From Halorarum halobium (lineage in GTDB: Archaea > Halobacteriota > Halobacteria > Halobacteriales > Haloferacaceae): 64,000 nucleotides of DNA. Where the stretch lies: contig NZ_CP134949.1 of the NCBI RefSeq assembly GCF_032116555.1, positions 1,426,001 to 1,490,000 on the forward strand. The letters are read 5' to 3'. A program made the position numbers and the translations under genes. Positions 18,305 through 29,177 of the stretch are shown here, in pieces; positions within the stretch are counted from its first letter, which is position 1, and every line of letters starts with the position of its first letter. Under the pieces are notes generated by a model. The model had not been told where the DNA came from. It saw only the letters and a list, made by a program, of their open reading frames with translations, and did not search any database.

Positions 18305-19123
18305 ATGTCGGTCCTCGACCCCACACTCGCGCTCGTTCAGGCGACGCCCAGCCCCCTCGATCGAGCCGTCCGGTCGGTTCCCGCGAGGGTGTGGCTCGCC
18401 GTGGGCGTCCTGCTGTTCGGCGCGCTGCTCAGCTACGCCGTCATCGCCGTGAACCGTCGGATCCTCGAGAGCGCCGGCGTTCCGGGGACGATCGAGGGGA
18501 CCGCGTTCGAGCGGACAGCACGCGAGTTCGGGACCTCGACCGTCTCCATCATCGCGAAGCTGTCCGGCTACTTCATCTTCATCCTCTCGATGCTCGTCGC
18601 GCTGACCGTCGCGGACGTGAGCTTCATCTCGGAGTTCTGGAACCGCGTCGCCGTCTTCCTCCCGAAGGTGTTCATCGCCATCCTCGTGCTCATCGTCGGC
18701 ATCGTCGTCGGCGACAAGGTCCAGTTGCTCGTCGAGGAGCGACTCCGCGGGGTGAAGCTCCCGCAGGTGAGCGTGCTCCCGCTCGCCGCGAAGTACAGCG
18801 TCTTCTACATCGCGGCGCTCGTCGCGCTCAGCCAGATCAACGTCGCCACCGGCGCGCTCGTCGTGCTGCTCGGGGCCTACGCGCTGGCGGTCGTCCTGTT
18901 CTGCTCGCTCGCGTTCCGCGACCTGCTCGCCTCCGGTGCGGCCGGCATCTTCCTCCTGCTCAACCAGCCGTACGGCATCGGCGACCGCGTCCGGATCGGG
19001 GAGACGGAGGGCATCGTCCAGGAGGTCGACATCTTCGTCACGCACGTCGAGACCGACGACGAGGAGTACGTCGTGCCGAACCGCCGGGCGATGACCGACG
19101 GCATCGTTCGAATCCGCTCTTGA
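18305..19123 (+). CDS. MscS-family mechanosensitive channel
   Basis: TM helices followed by AGIFLLLNQPYGIGDRVRIGETEGIVQEV...VVPN. Confidence 0.9.
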   Translation: MSVLDPTLALVQATPSPLDRAVRSVPARVWLAVGVLLFGALLSYAVIAVNRRILESAGVPGTIEGTAFERTAREFGTSTVSIIAKLSGYFIFILSMLVALTVADVSFISEFWNRVAVFLPKVFIAILVLIVGIVVGDKVQLLVEERLRGVKLPQVSVLPLAAKYSVFYIAALVALSQINVATGALVVLLGAYALAVVLFCSLAFRDLLASGAAGIFLLLNQPYGIGDRVRIGETEGIVQEVDIFVTHVETDDEEYVVPNRRAMTDGIVRIRS

Positions 19124-19177
19124 GGGGCCGCGTTCGCGGCTCGCGTTCGGCCGGCGCGGCCCGATGCGCTCATCGGG

Positions 19178-19792
19178 TCACTCCCGTCGGACGGGCTCGG
19201 CCGGAACGCCCGCGACCGTCTCGCCGTCCGGGACGTCGTCCGCGACGAGCGAGTTCGCGGCCACCTGCGCGTCGTCGCCGACGTGGACGCCCGGGAGGAC
19301 CGTCACGTTCGCGCCCAGCATCGCGCGGTCGCCGACGACGACGTCGCCCACCCGGTACTCGTCCTGCAGGAACTCGTGACACAACAGCACCGAGTCGTAG
19401 CCGACGATGGCGTCCTCGCCCAGGCTGATCCGTTCGGGCCAGAACACGTCCGGGGTCGCCTCCAGCCCCCACGAGACCCCCTCGCCGACGTCCGCGCCGA
19501 GCCGACGGAGCAGCCAGTTCTTCGCGCGAAGGCTCGGCGAGATCCGGATCAGCCAGACGACGAGGTAGTTGAGAGCGACCCGTACCGGCGACTTCGCGTC
19601 GGTCCAGAACCGGAGCGAGTTCCGGCCGCCCGGGGTCGGGTGCCGTTCGAGCCGGTCGTAGCGGGCGGGTCCGCCGGAGCCGGCCGGGACGTGGTCGGTC
19701 GGTACGTCGTCGGCCGGGTCCTGGTCTGCCGTGGCGCTGTCGGCCGAGGCGTCGGCGTCCCGATCGTCGTCGCCCTGGTCGTCCTCGATCAC
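19178..19792 (-). CDS. Hexapeptide-repeat acyltransferase
   Basis: LLRRLGADVG, GDVVVGDRAMLGANVTVLPGVHVGDDAQVAANSLV, VAGVPA; GTG start uncertain. Confidence 0.85.
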   Translation of the reverse strand: MIEDDQGDDDRDADASADSATADQDPADDVPTDHVPAGSGGPARYDRLERHPTPGGRNSLRFWTDAKSPVRVALNYLVVWLIRISPSLRAKNWLLRRLGADVGEGVSWGLEATPDVFWPERISLGEDAIVGYDSVLLCHEFLQDEYRVGDVVVGDRAMLGANVTVLPGVHVGDDAQVAANSLVADDVPDGETVAGVPAEPVRRE

Positions 19793-19857
19793 GTTCCCCT
19801 CTCGGACTCCCCGGCTAATCAAACCGTGTGGGCCGGGGTTCGAACAGCGGCGGCCCC

Positions 19858-21150
19858 TCAGTCGTCCTCGCCGCGAAGCTCGGCCATGTGGTCGACCCGT
19901 CGTCGGACGAGCGATTCGGTCCCGACGTCGTGCCGGACGTGGAACCCCTCGCCGGCCGCGGCCAGCGCCGACTCGGCCCGCCCCTCGGCGGCGGCGATCG
20001 AGTCCCCCAGGCCGACGACCGCGAACGACCGGGAGGTCGTCGTGTACAGGCCGTCCTCGCGCTCGTCGACGCTGGCGTAGAAGAGGATCGCCTCGCCGGC
20101 GGCGTCCTCGTCGACCTCGATTCGCGCGCCCGCCTCGGGGTCCGTTGGGTAGCCCGCCGGCACGGCGTACTTGCAGACCGTCGCGTCCCCGGAGAACGAC
20201 AGTTCGGGGAGCGAGTCGCCGTCGCGTGCCGCGGTCAGCACGTCGAGGAACGGCGTCTCCAGGGCGGGCAGCGTGTTCATCGCCTCCGGGTCGCCGAAGC
20301 GCGCGTTGAACTCGACCACCTTCGGTCCCTCGGCACCGAGCATGAACTGGCCGTAGAGGACCCCCTTGTACTCCGGGAGGGCGTCGACGACCGCCTCCAG
20401 CACCGCGACCGCGTCCTCGTAGTCGTCCCCGGTCATGAACGGCAGCGTGGGGGTCGTGTCCGAGTAGCTCCCCATCCCGCCGGTGTTGGGCCCCTCGTCG
20501 CCCTCGTAGGCGCGCTTGTGGTCCTGGATGGCGGGCGTGACGCGGACCTCGCCGTCGGCTACGAACGCCTGGACGGTGAACTCCTCGCCGACGAGGCGCT
20601 CCTCGACCACCCACTCGTCGTGGTCGGCCTCGCGGACGTACGCGGCGGCCTCGGCGTGGGCCACCTGGTCGCCGGTGACGCGGACGCCCTTCCCGCCGGT
20701 GAGCCCCGTCGGTTTCACGGCCACGTCGTCGTCGACCGACTCGACGTACTTCGCCGCCGACTCGGCGTCCTCGAACGTCTCGAACGCCGGACAGCCCGGG
20801 ATCGACTCCTCGCGCATGAACCGCCGCTGGAACGCCTTGTCCGTCTCCAGGCGTGCTTGGGCGGCCCGCGGGCCGAACGTGTAGACGCCAGCGTCGTCGA
20901 GGGCGTCCGCGACGCCCGCTTCGAGCGCGGACTCCGGGCCGACGACGGCGAGATCCGCGCCGACGTCCGCCGCGTAGTCGACGATTTCGCCGGCCTCGCG
21001 CTCCCCGACGGCTTCGAACCCGTCGGCGAGGGCGGCGATGCCGGGGTTCCGGTTGCTCGCGCAGGCGTACAGGTCACAGTCGTCGGCCAGCGCACGGGCG
21101 ATGGCGTGTTCCCGTCCGCCGCCGCCGACGAGCAGCACCGTCTCTGTCAT
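19858..21150 (-). CDS. purD: Phosphoribosylamine--glycine ligase
   Basis: VLLVGGGGREHA, VVGPE, GGKGV, QDHKRAYEGDEGPNTGGMGS, EFNARFGDPE. Confidence 0.98.
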   Translation of the reverse strand: MTETVLLVGGGGREHAIARALADDCDLYACASNRNPGIAALADGFEAVGEREAGEIVDYAADVGADLAVVGPESALEAGVADALDDAGVYTFGPRAAQARLETDKAFQRRFMREESIPGCPAFETFEDAESAAKYVESVDDDVAVKPTGLTGGKGVRVTGDQVAHAEAAAYVREADHDEWVVEERLVGEEFTVQAFVADGEVRVTPAIQDHKRAYEGDEGPNTGGMGSYSDTTPTLPFMTGDDYEDAVAVLEAVVDALPEYKGVLYGQFMLGAEGPKVVEFNARFGDPEAMNTLPALETPFLDVLTAARDGDSLPELSFSGDATVCKYAVPAGYPTDPEAGARIEVDEDAAGEAILFYASVDEREDGLYTTTSRSFAVVGLGDSIAAAEGRAESALAAAGEGFHVRHDVGTESLVRRRVDHMAELRGEDD

Positions 21151-21298
21151 GGGTGCATTCGGTAGGCATACGAGTGTAAGTCTTGCTCTCTCACGGCGCA
21201 AGAATGTTCACGAACGTGGTCACCGTTTCCGTACCCCGGGTTCGCCCCGAAGCCCGCCCGACCGCCCATCTTTTCCGGCGGGCGCGCGACCATGATCC

Positions 21299-23494
21299 AT
21301 GAGCGACCCCACGGCGCGAAACCGGCTGGACGAGGAGGCCAGCCCGTACCTGCGCCAGCACGCCGACAACCCCGTCAACTGGCAGCCCTGGGACGACGAC
21401 GCGCTCGCTGCCGCCCGCGAGCGGGACGTGCCCATCTTCCTCTCGGTCGGCTACTCGGCGTGCCACTGGTGTCACGTCATGGAGGAGGAGTCGTTCGAGG
21501 ACGACGCGGTCGCGGCGGTGCTGAACGAGTCGTTCGTCCCGGTGAAGGTCGACCGCGAGGAGCGCCCCGACCTCGACCGCGTCTACCAGACGGTCTGTCA
21601 ACTGGTCAGCGGCCGCGGGGGCTGGCCGCTCTCCGCCTGGCTCACGCCCGAGGGGGAGCCGTTCTACGTCGGGACGTACTTCCCGCGCGACGGGCGGCAG
21701 GGGATGCCCGGCTTCCTCGAAATCTGCCGGAACATGGCCGACTCCTGGGCCGACCCGAAACAGCGCTCGGACATCGAGGACCGGGCTGACCAGTGGACGA
21801 CCGCGGTGCGTGACGAACTCGAGGAGTCCGAAACGGGGGCCGGAGCCGCCGACGATTCCGGCTTCGATTCCGACTCCGACGACGGTGACGACCGGACGCT
21901 CCTCGACGACGCGACGACGGCGGCGATCAGGAGCGCGGACCCCGAACACGGCGGCTTCGGCCACGGCGGGCCGAAGTTCCCCCAGCCCGAGCGGGTCGAC
22001 CTGCTGATGCGGGCCTACGCGCGTTCCGGTCGACAGGAGCCGCTCGACGTCGCGCTGGGCGCGCTGGAGGCGATGGCGAACGGCGGCCTCTACGACCACG
22101 TCGGCGGCGGCTTTCACCGCTACTGCACCGACCGCGAGTGGGTGGTCCCCCACTTCGAGAAGATGCTGTACGACAACGCGGAACTCGCGCGGACGTACCT
22201 CGACGCCCACCAGTTGACGGGTCGGTCGCGGTACGGCGTCGTCGCCCAGGAGACGCTCGGGTTCGTCGACCGCGAACTCTCCCATCCGGACGGCAGCTTC
22301 TACGCGACGCTCGACGCGGACTCCGGCGAAGGCGAGGGGGCCTACTACGTCTGGACGCCCGAGGGCGTCCGGGAGGCGGTCGGCGACGAACTGACGGCGG
22401 ACCTGCTGTGCGAGCGATACGGGGTGACCGAGGGCGGGAACTTCGAGGGCGGCCGCACCGTCGTGACGATCGCTGCCGACGTCGAGGCGCTGGCGGAGCG
22501 GCACGAGCTCGACGTCTCGGACGTCCGTCGGCGGCTCGTCGACGGTCGGCTCGAACTGTTCGCCGCGCGCGACGGGCGGGAACGACCGCCGCGCGACGAG
22601 AAGGTGCTCGCCGGCTGGAACGGGCTGATGATCTCGGCGTTCGCCCGGGGCGGCAGGGTGCTCGGCCCGGAACTCGGCGAGCGGGCCGAGCGGGCGCTCT
22701 CGTCCGTCCGCGAGCACCTCTGGGACGGCGAGCACCTCTCGCGCCGGGTGATGGACGGCGAGGTCAAGGGGGTCGGCTACCTGGAGGACTACGCCTTCCT
22801 CGCGCGCGGCGCGTTCGACACCTACCAGGTGACCGGCGACGTGACCCACCTCTCGTTCGCGCTGGACCTGGCGCGGGTCGTCGTGGACGCGTTCTACGAC
22901 GCCGAGGCGGGCACCGTCTACGCGACGCCGGCGGACGGCGAGGAACTCGTCGCACGGCCACAGGAGCCGAAGGACCAGTCCACCCCCTCGAGCCTCGGCG
23001 TGGCGACGTCGCTCCTGCTGGACCTGCACCAGTTCGCGCCCGACGAGGGGTTCGAGGTGGCCGCGACCGACGTGCTGGCGACCTACGAGGATCGGGTCCG
23101 CGCGAGCCCGCTCGAACACACGACCCTGGCGATGGCGGCAGCCAAGCGTGCGCGCGGGCCGATCGAGGTGACGCTGGCGGCCGGGTCGGTCGGGACTGCT
23201 GGCTCGGCCGAATCCGCCGGGTCGTCGGACCGGATCGACCTCCCCGACGGGTGGCGAGAGACGCTCTCGGACCGGTATCTCCCGGGGGCGGTCGTCGCGC
23301 CACGGCCCGCCGACGAGGACGGGCTGGCCGAGTGGCTCGACGCGCTGGACCTGGACGACGCGCCACCGATCTGGGCGGATCGGGGCGCTCGCGACGGCGA
23401 ACCGACGGCGTACGTCTGTGAGAACTTCACCTGTTCGCCGCCGAACCACGACCTCGCGGAGGCGCTGGCCTGGGCTGACGACCGGGAAGCGTGA
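21299..23494 (+). CDS. YyaL/SSP411 thioredoxin-domain protein
   Basis: NRL..EASPYLRQHADNPVNW, GYSACHWCHVM, PHFEKMLYDNA, DEKVLAGWNGLMI. Confidence 0.95.
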   Translation: MSDPTARNRLDEEASPYLRQHADNPVNWQPWDDDALAAARERDVPIFLSVGYSACHWCHVMEEESFEDDAVAAVLNESFVPVKVDREERPDLDRVYQTVCQLVSGRGGWPLSAWLTPEGEPFYVGTYFPRDGRQGMPGFLEICRNMADSWADPKQRSDIEDRADQWTTAVRDELEESETGAGAADDSGFDSDSDDGDDRTLLDDATTAAIRSADPEHGGFGHGGPKFPQPERVDLLMRAYARSGRQEPLDVALGALEAMANGGLYDHVGGGFHRYCTDREWVVPHFEKMLYDNAELARTYLDAHQLTGRSRYGVVAQETLGFVDRELSHPDGSFYATLDADSGEGEGAYYVWTPEGVREAVGDELTADLLCERYGVTEGGNFEGGRTVVTIAADVEALAERHELDVSDVRRRLVDGRLELFAARDGRERPPRDEKVLAGWNGLMISAFARGGRVLGPELGERAERALSSVREHLWDGEHLSRRVMDGEVKGVGYLEDYAFLARGAFDTYQVTGDVTHLSFALDLARVVVDAFYDAEAGTVYATPADGEELVARPQEPKDQSTPSSLGVATSLLLDLHQFAPDEGFEVAATDVLATYEDRVRASPLEHTTLAMAAAKRARGPIEVTLAAGSVGTAGSAESAGSSDRIDLPDGWRETLSDRYLPGAVVAPRPADEDGLAEWLDALDLDDAPPIWADRGARDGEPTAYVCENFTCSPPNHDLAEALAWADDREA

Positions 23495-23589
23495 GCGGCC
23501 GGATGAGCCATCTCGGGGACGTTTCGGCCGGGCCGGCCGACTCGCCGTGTGCGGCCCGCTCACACCCGCGCAGGGCGGTCACTTCGTGA

Positions 23590-23600
23590 TGTTTAAGTAC
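23590..23600 (+). promoter_or_regulatory. Putative TATA box for the tRNA-Ser/ribosomal protein operon
   Basis: GTTTAAGTA about 100 nt upstream of tRNA-Ser. Confidence 0.5.
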
Positions 23601-23694
23601 GGCTCCCGTGTCCGTGCAAACGGAGACACTGCAGGGGCGATCGGGTCCCGAGTCCGACGCACGGACGCGGCGGGCGGTGATACTGAACGCAGGT

Positions 23695-23778
23695 GTTGCG
23701 GTAGCCAAGCCTGGCCCAAGGCGCTGGGTTGCTAACTCAGTGGCGCAAGCCTCCGGGGTTCGAATCCCCGCCGCAACG
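23695..23778 (+). tRNA. tRNA-Ser(GCT)
   Basis: Acceptor GTTGCGG/CCGCAAC, anticodon arm CTGGG-TT-GCT-AA-CTCAG, long variable arm. Confidence 0.96.
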
Positions 23779-23798
23779 CTGTCTAGCCACCAAAAGAC

Positions 23799-24341
23799 AT
23801 GAGTGCAGAAGAACCAGAGGACGCGCCAGACGGCGAGGAGGACGACGACGACCTCCAGTACTTCGTCCGGATCGGGCAGACCGACCTGGACGGGACGAAG
23901 ACCGTCGAGCGCAGCCTCACGGACATGAAGGGTATCGGCCAGCGGACGGCGCGACTGGTCGCCGAGTCGGCGGACGTGGACCGAACGGCCACGTTCGGCC
24001 GCCTCGACGAGGAGGCCATCGACGCCGTCGTCGACGTCGTCGAGCACCTCGAGGACCACATCCCGGCGTGGATGGTCAACCGGCAGAAGGACTTCTTCAC
24101 CGGCGAGACCGCCCACAAGACGGGCTCTGACCTCCAGGAGAAGCGACGTCACGACATCAACCGCATGAAAATGATCGACTCCTACAAGGGGACTCGCCAC
24201 AAGCGCGGGCAGAAGGTCCGCGGACAGCGGACCAAGTCCACGGGCCGGACCGAGGGCACCATCGGCGTCAACGTCGAGGAGATCCGCGAGGAGGCGGCCG
24301 AGGAGGCCGCAGCCGCCGAGGAGGAGGGTGAGGAGATCTGA
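23799..24341 (+). CDS. rps13: 30S ribosomal protein S13
   Basis: SYKGTRHKRGQKVRGQRTKSTGR. Confidence 0.98.
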   Translation: MSAEEPEDAPDGEEDDDDLQYFVRIGQTDLDGTKTVERSLTDMKGIGQRTARLVAESADVDRTATFGRLDEEAIDAVVDVVEHLEDHIPAWMVNRQKDFFTGETAHKTGSDLQEKRRHDINRMKMIDSYKGTRHKRGQKVRGQRTKSTGRTEGTIGVNVEEIREEAAEEAAAAEEEGEEI

Positions 24342-24865
24342 TGACGACCGGAAACTCCACCAAGCGATACGAGACGCCCAACCACCCGTACCAGGGCGAG
24401 CGCATCGCCCAGGAGTCGGACCTGGTCGGGCGCTACGGCCTGAAGAACAAGGAGGAGCTCTGGCGCGCGCAGTCGGAACTGCGCGACTACCGCCGCGAGG
24501 CGCGACGCCTCATCGGCGAGGCCCAGGGTGACGTCGAGGCCGCCGGCGAGGCGGGCGCCGACTTCGTCGATAGCCTCCGCCGCTACGGCATCCTCGGCGA
24601 CAACGACGACATCACCGAGGTGCTCTCGCTCGAGGTCACCGACGTGCTCGAACGCCGCCTCCAGACGGTCGCCTACCGCAAGGGCGTCGGCAACACGCCC
24701 GACCAGGCGCGACAGTTCATCGTCCACGGCCACGTGGTCGTCGGCGACGCCCGCGTCACGCGGCCGTCCTACCAGGTCCCGAGCGACGAGGCGGACCTCG
24801 TCTCCTTCGACGAGACGAGTCCGCTCGCGGACGAACTCCACCCGGAACGCGCGGAGGGTCAGTAA
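24341..24865 (+). CDS. rps4: 30S ribosomal protein S4
   Basis: YGLKNKEELW, LERRLQT, ARQFIVHGHV. Confidence 0.98.
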   Translation: MTTGNSTKRYETPNHPYQGERIAQESDLVGRYGLKNKEELWRAQSELRDYRREARRLIGEAQGDVEAAGEAGADFVDSLRRYGILGDNDDITEVLSLEVTDVLERRLQTVAYRKGVGNTPDQARQFIVHGHVVVGDARVTRPSYQVPSDEADLVSFDETSPLADELHPERAEGQ

Positions 24866-25270
24866 ATGAGCGAATCCGAGAACACGCCAGAGGGCGAGGG
24901 CAAGTGGGCCATCGCCAACGTCTTCGCATCGTTCAACAACACGCTCATCACCGTCACGGACGTCACGGGCGCCGAAACGCTCGTGAAGTCCTCCGGCGGC
25001 GCGGTCGTGAAGCAGAACCGCGACGAGGCGTCGCCCTACGCCGCGATGCAGATGGCGGAGGGCGTCGCCGAGGACCTGCTCGCCCAGGGCATCGAGGGCG
25101 TGCACGTCCGCGTGCGCGGTCCCGGCGGGAACGCACAGAAGTCCCCCGGCCCCGGCTCGCAGGCGACGATCCGTGCGCTCGCGCGGGCCGGACTCGAGAT
25201 CGGTCGCATCGAGGACGTGACTCCCATCCCGCACGACGGCACGCGGGCACCGAAGAAGAACCGGCTGTAA
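24866..25270 (+). CDS. rps11: 30S ribosomal protein S11
   Basis: [27 protein letters not shown]. Confidence 0.98.
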   Translation: MSESENTPEGEGKWAIANVFASFNNTLITVTDVTGAETLVKSSGGAVVKQNRDEASPYAAMQMAEGVAEDLLAQGIEGVHVRVRGPGGNAQKSPGPGSQATIRALARAGLEIGRIEDVTPIPHDGTRAPKKNRL

Positions 25271-25276
25271 TCCACC

Positions 25277-26026
25277 ATGGCAGACGAATTCGACGTGGAG
25301 GTGGTTTCCCGGGACGACCGCACCGCGAACCTGCTCGTGCGGGGGCTCACGCCCGCCGTGGCGAACGGGATCCGGCGCAGCGTCCTCGCGGAAGTGCCGA
25401 CCCTATCCATCGACACCGTCCGGTTCGTGGAGAACACGTCGGTGATGTTCGACGAGATGGTGGCGCTCAGGCTCGGGCTCGTCCCGCTGACGACGCCGCT
25501 CGACGACTACGAGATCGGTGACACCGTCACCGTCGCGCTCGAGGTCGACGGGCCGGCCACGGCCTACTCGGGCGACATCGAGACGTCCGACTCGCTCGTC
25601 CAGCCAGCCGACGAGAACGTTCCCATCATCGAGCTGAAGGAAGGCCAGCGCCTCGAGTTCGAAGCCGACGCCGTGCTCGACACCGGGAAGGGCCACGCCA
25701 AACATCAGGGCGGCGTGGGCATCGGCTACCGACACCTCCAGAAGGTGGAGGTCGTCGGGGAGCGCGGCGAGTTCGACGAGGAGGAGCCTCACATCCTCCG
25801 GGGCGTCATCGAGACCGAGGACGGCGAGTACGTCCACACCGACGAGTTCGACGCCGACCTCACGAACCGCTACCCCGGCAAGGAGCTGGAGGTGACCGAC
25901 GTCCCCGACGCGTTCGTCTTCCACGTCGAGTCGGACGGCTCCGTGGACGTCGACGAACTGATCCTCCGCGCGGTCGAGTCGCTGCAGGACCGCGCGGACG
26001 AACTGGCAACGAAGGTCGCAGTCTGA
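25277..26026 (+). CDS. rpoD: RNA polymerase subunit D (Rpo3)
   Basis: [39 protein letters not shown]. Confidence 0.97.
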   Translation: MADEFDVEVVSRDDRTANLLVRGLTPAVANGIRRSVLAEVPTLSIDTVRFVENTSVMFDEMVALRLGLVPLTTPLDDYEIGDTVTVALEVDGPATAYSGDIETSDSLVQPADENVPIIELKEGQRLEFEADAVLDTGKGHAKHQGGVGIGYRHLQKVEVVGERGEFDEEEPHILRGVIETEDGEYVHTDEFDADLTNRYPGKELEVTDVPDAFVFHVESDGSVDVDELILRAVESLQDRADELATKVAV

Positions 26027-26163
26027 CGTGACCATGTCCGCATCCCCCACACGAACGGCGTTCGCTCCCGCAACGAGCGGCGCGTCCGCGAGCCGAATCG
26101 CGGCGCCCGCGGCGGGTGGGACCGAAAGCCGTTTAACCGGGGATGCGGTACGACGGAGTGCTT

Positions 26164-26248
26164 GCAGGGATAGCCAAGTCTGGCCAACGGCGCAGCGTTC
26201 AGGGCGCTGTCCTGTAGAGGTCCGCAGGTTCAAATCCTGCTCCCTGCA
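26164..26248 (+). tRNA. tRNA-Leu(CAG)
   Basis: Acceptor GCAGGGA/TCCCTGC, anticodon arm CAGCG-TT-CAG-GG-CGCTG; BRE/TATA-like GAAAGCCGTTTAAC upstream. Confidence 0.97.
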
Positions 26249-26349
26249 CTCCCACTCCGTTTCTCTCGCGGCTCCGAGCCGGAGCGGCCGCCCCGCGACT
26301 GGGCGGCGCTCCGGGGACGGGGCCACCCACTCCACTACGGAGGTTCACT

Positions 26350-26706
26350 ATGAGTAGTAGCAAGACCAATCCGAGACTTCAGAACCTCATCGCCGAACTG
26401 AAGTCGGTCGCGCGCTCGTCCGAGGCCAGCGTCTGGCAGGACGTCGCCGACCGGCTCGAAAAGCCGCGGCGCACGCACGCGGAGGTCAACCTCGGCCGCA
26501 TCGAGCGGTACGCGAACGAGGACGAGACCGTCATCGTGCCGGGCAAGGTGCTCGGCTCGGGCGTGCTCCGCAAGGACGTCACCGTCGCCGCCGTCGACTT
26601 CTCCGGCACCGCCGAGACGAAGATCGACCAGGCCGGCTCCGCGGTGACCCTGGAGGAAGCGCTGTCGAACAACCCAGACGGGTCCGACGTACGGGTGATC
26701 CGATGA
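26350..26706 (+). CDS. rpl18e: 50S ribosomal protein L18e
   Basis: [26 protein letters not shown]. Confidence 0.97.
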   Translation: MSSSKTNPRLQNLIAELKSVARSSEASVWQDVADRLEKPRRTHAEVNLGRIERYANEDETVIVPGKVLGSGVLRKDVTVAAVDFSGTAETKIDQAGSAVTLEEALSNNPDGSDVRVIR

Positions 26707-27182
26707 GCCTCGCCGAGTTCGAGGCCGACCTCGTCGTCGACGCCCGGGACTGCATCATGGGTCGGGTCGCCTCCGAGGTGGCCCAGCGCGCGCTCGAGGG
26801 CGAGCGCGTCGCGGTGGTGAACGCCGAGCGGGCGGTCATCACCGGCAACGAGGAGGCCACGATGGAGACGTACCGCACGCGCGCGGAACTCGGCTCCGAC
26901 CGTGGCCCCGAGTACCCCAAGCGGCCGGACCGCATCTTCAAGCGGTCCATCCGCGGCATGGTCCCGTACAAGAAGCCCCGCGGCCGCGAGGCGTTCGAGA
27001 ACGTCCGCGTCTACGTGGGCAACCCGTTCGCGGACGACGCCTCGACGCGGTCGCCCGCCGGCGACGCCGAGTCGCCCGAGGCCGAGATCCTCGAGGGGAC
27101 CTCGCTGGACCGACTGTCGACCATCAAGTTCACGACCCTCGGCGACGTCGCCGAGGACCTTGGAGCGAACGTCACATGGTAA
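26703..27182 (+). CDS. rpl13: 50S ribosomal protein L13
   Basis: [33 protein letters not shown]. Confidence 0.97.
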   Translation: MSLAEFEADLVVDARDCIMGRVASEVAQRALEGERVAVVNAERAVITGNEEATMETYRTRAELGSDRGPEYPKRPDRIFKRSIRGMVPYKKPRGREAFENVRVYVGNPFADDASTRSPAGDAESPEAEILEGTSLDRLSTIKFTTLGDVAEDLGANVTW

Positions 27183-27574
27183 CGAACACATCAGGAAAGA
27201 AGAAGACGGCCGTCGCCCGCGCCACGGTACGCGAGGGCGAGGGCCGCGTCCGCATCGACTCCGAGCCCGTCGAGCTGGCAGAGCCGGAGCAGGCCCGCCT
27301 GAAGATGCTGGAGCCGTTCCGCATCGCCGGCGAGGACCTCCGCTCGCAGGTCGACATCGACGTCGCCGTCAACGGCGGCGGCTACGCCGGGCAGGCAGAC
27401 GCCGCCCGCACCGCCATCGCCCGCGGGCTCGTCGAGTATCTCAACGACGCCGAACTCCGCGACGCGTTCATGGAGTTCGACCGCTCGCTGCTCGTGAACG
27501 ACTCGCGGCAGTCCGAGCCGAAGAAGTGGGGCGGGCCCGGCGCGCGCGCCCGCTACCAGAAGTCGTACCGCTGA
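27176..27574 (+). CDS. rps9: 30S ribosomal protein S9
   Basis: [33 protein letters not shown]. Confidence 0.98.
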   Translation: MVTNTSGKKKTAVARATVREGEGRVRIDSEPVELAEPEQARLKMLEPFRIAGEDLRSQVDIDVAVNGGGYAGQADAARTAIARGLVEYLNDAELRDAFMEFDRSLLVNDSRQSEPKKWGGPGARARYQKSYR

Positions 27575-27586
27575 GGTGATCCATCC

Positions 27587-27781
27587 ATGATGATTCCAGT
27601 CCGGTGTTTCACGTGCGGCACGGTCATCGGTGAGCACTGGGAGGAGTTCAAGGCCCGCGCCCGCGAGGGCGAGGAGGACCCCGGCGAGGTCCTCGACGAG
27701 CTGGGCGTCGACCGGCACTGCTGCCGGCGGATGATGATCTCCCACACGGACCTCGTCGACGTCGTCTCACCGTACCAATGA
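27587..27781 (+). CDS. rpoN: RNA polymerase subunit N (Rpo10)
   Basis: IPVRCFTCG...RHCCRRM. Confidence 0.98.
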   Translation: MMIPVRCFTCGTVIGEHWEEFKARAREGEEDPGEVLDELGVDRHCCRRMMISHTDLVDVVSPYQ

Positions 27782-27969
27782 GCGGGAACGAGCCCGCCAT
27801 CCGGTACAACCGGTACGAGAAGGCACGCATCCTCGGGGCACGAGCCCTGCAGCTCGCGTACGGCGCGCCCGTGCTGGTCGAGAGCGACCAGTCCGAGCCC
27901 ATCCTCATCGCGGCCGAGGAGTACGACGCCGGCGTCCTGCCGTTCACGGTCAGGCGGGAGGGCAAATGA
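27778..27969 (+). CDS. rpoK: RNA polymerase subunit K (Rpo6)
   Basis: [20 protein letters not shown]. Confidence 0.97.
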   Translation: MSGNEPAIRYNRYEKARILGARALQLAYGAPVLVESDQSEPILIAAEEYDAGVLPFTVRREGK

Positions 27970-29177
27970 CGCGCATCGCCTCGGTGTCGCTCCGGCGCGT
28001 GCTCGACTCGCGGGGGAACCCGACCGTCGAGGCGGACGTCCTCACGGAGTCGGGCGGCTTCGGCCGTGCGGCGGCCCCGTCCGGGGCGAGCACGGGCGAG
28101 TACGAGGCGATCGAGCTCCCGCCGCGGGAGGCGATCGCCGCGGCCCGCCAGCACGCGGTTCCCCGGCTCGTGGACGAGGTTCACGCCGGCAACCAGCGCG
28201 ACGTCGACGCGGCGCTGCGCGCGGCCGACGGCACGGACGACTTCTCCGAGATCGGCGCGAACAGCGCGGTGGCCATCTCGATGGCGGCCGCGAAGGCCGG
28301 CGCCGACGTGCTCGGCGCGCCGCTGTTCCAGCACCTCGGAGGGACGTTCCGCGACGCGGAGCGCTCGTTCCCGGTGCCGCTCGGGAACGTCGTCGGCGGC
28401 GGCGAACACGCGAAGGAGGCGACCCACATCCAGGAGTTCCTGGCCGCGCCGGTCGGCGCGCCGTCGGTCTCCGAGGCCGTCTTCGCCAACGCCGCCGTCC
28501 ACGCGACCGTCGGCGATCTGCTCGACGAGCGGGGCGTCGCGGCCGCGAAGGGCGACGAGGGCGCGTGGGCGCCCGCCATCGACGACGCCGAGGCGTTCGA
28601 ACTCGTCGCGGAGGCGACCGAACTCGTCGCGGACGACGTGGGCTTCGAGGTCCGCTTCGGCCTCGACGTCGCCGCCTCCGAACTGTGGGACGCCGACGCC
28701 GGCGTCTACCGCTACGGCGACGATGAGCGCACGCCCGACGAGCAGGTCGACTACGTGGCCGACCTCGTCGAGGAGTACGACCTCGCGTACGTCGAGGACC
28801 CGCTGGAGGAGGACGACTTCGACGGCTTCGCCGCCCTGACGGATCGGGTCGGCGACCGGACGCTCGTCTGTGGCGACGACCTGTTCGTCACCAACGTCGA
28901 GCGGCTGGAGACCGGCATCGACGTCGGCGCGGCCAACAGCATCCTGATCAAGCCGAACCAGATCGGCACGCTGTCGGACGCGTTCGACGCGGTCGAACTG
29001 GCCCAGCGGAACGGGCTCGACGCCGTCGTCTCCCACCGCTCGGGCGAGACCGAGGACGCGACGATCGCACACCTCGCCGTGGCCACGGCCGCCCCGTTCA
29101 TCAAGACGGGCACCGTGGGCGGCGAGCGAACCGCCAAGCTGAACGAACTCATCCGCATCGCGGAGGAGGCAGTATGA
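27966..29177 (+). CDS. eno: Enolase
   Basis: [40 protein letters not shown]. Confidence 0.98.
   Translation: MTRIASVSLRRVLDSRGNPTVEADVLTESGGFGRAAAPSGASTGEYEAIELPPREAIAAARQHAVPRLVDEVHAGNQRDVDAALRAADGTDDFSEIGANSAVAISMAAAKAGADVLGAPLFQHLGGTFRDAERSFPVPLGNVVGGGEHAKEATHIQEFLAAPVGAPSVSEAVFANAAVHATVGDLLDERGVAAAKGDEGAWAPAIDDAEAFELVAEATELVADDVGFEVRFGLDVAASELWDADAGVYRYGDDERTPDEQVDYVADLVEEYDLAYVEDPLEEDDFDGFAALTDRVGDRTLVCGDDLFVTNVERLETGIDVGAANSILIKPNQIGTLSDAFDAVELAQRNGLDAVVSHRSGETEDATIAHLAVATAAPFIKTGTVGGERTAKLNELIRIAEEAV

Noticed and set aside
16867..19428. 853-aa Arg-rich ORF spanning the repeat cluster and dacZ-mscS
   Set aside because: Off-frame read-through of GC-rich DNA; its composition is unlike haloarchaeal proteins.
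26114..26128. GGGTGGGACCGAAAG resembling the reverse complement of the repeat core at 17131-17147
   Set aside because: It overlaps the BRE/TATA of tRNA-Leu(CAG) and lacks the accompanying hairpins; probably coincidental.
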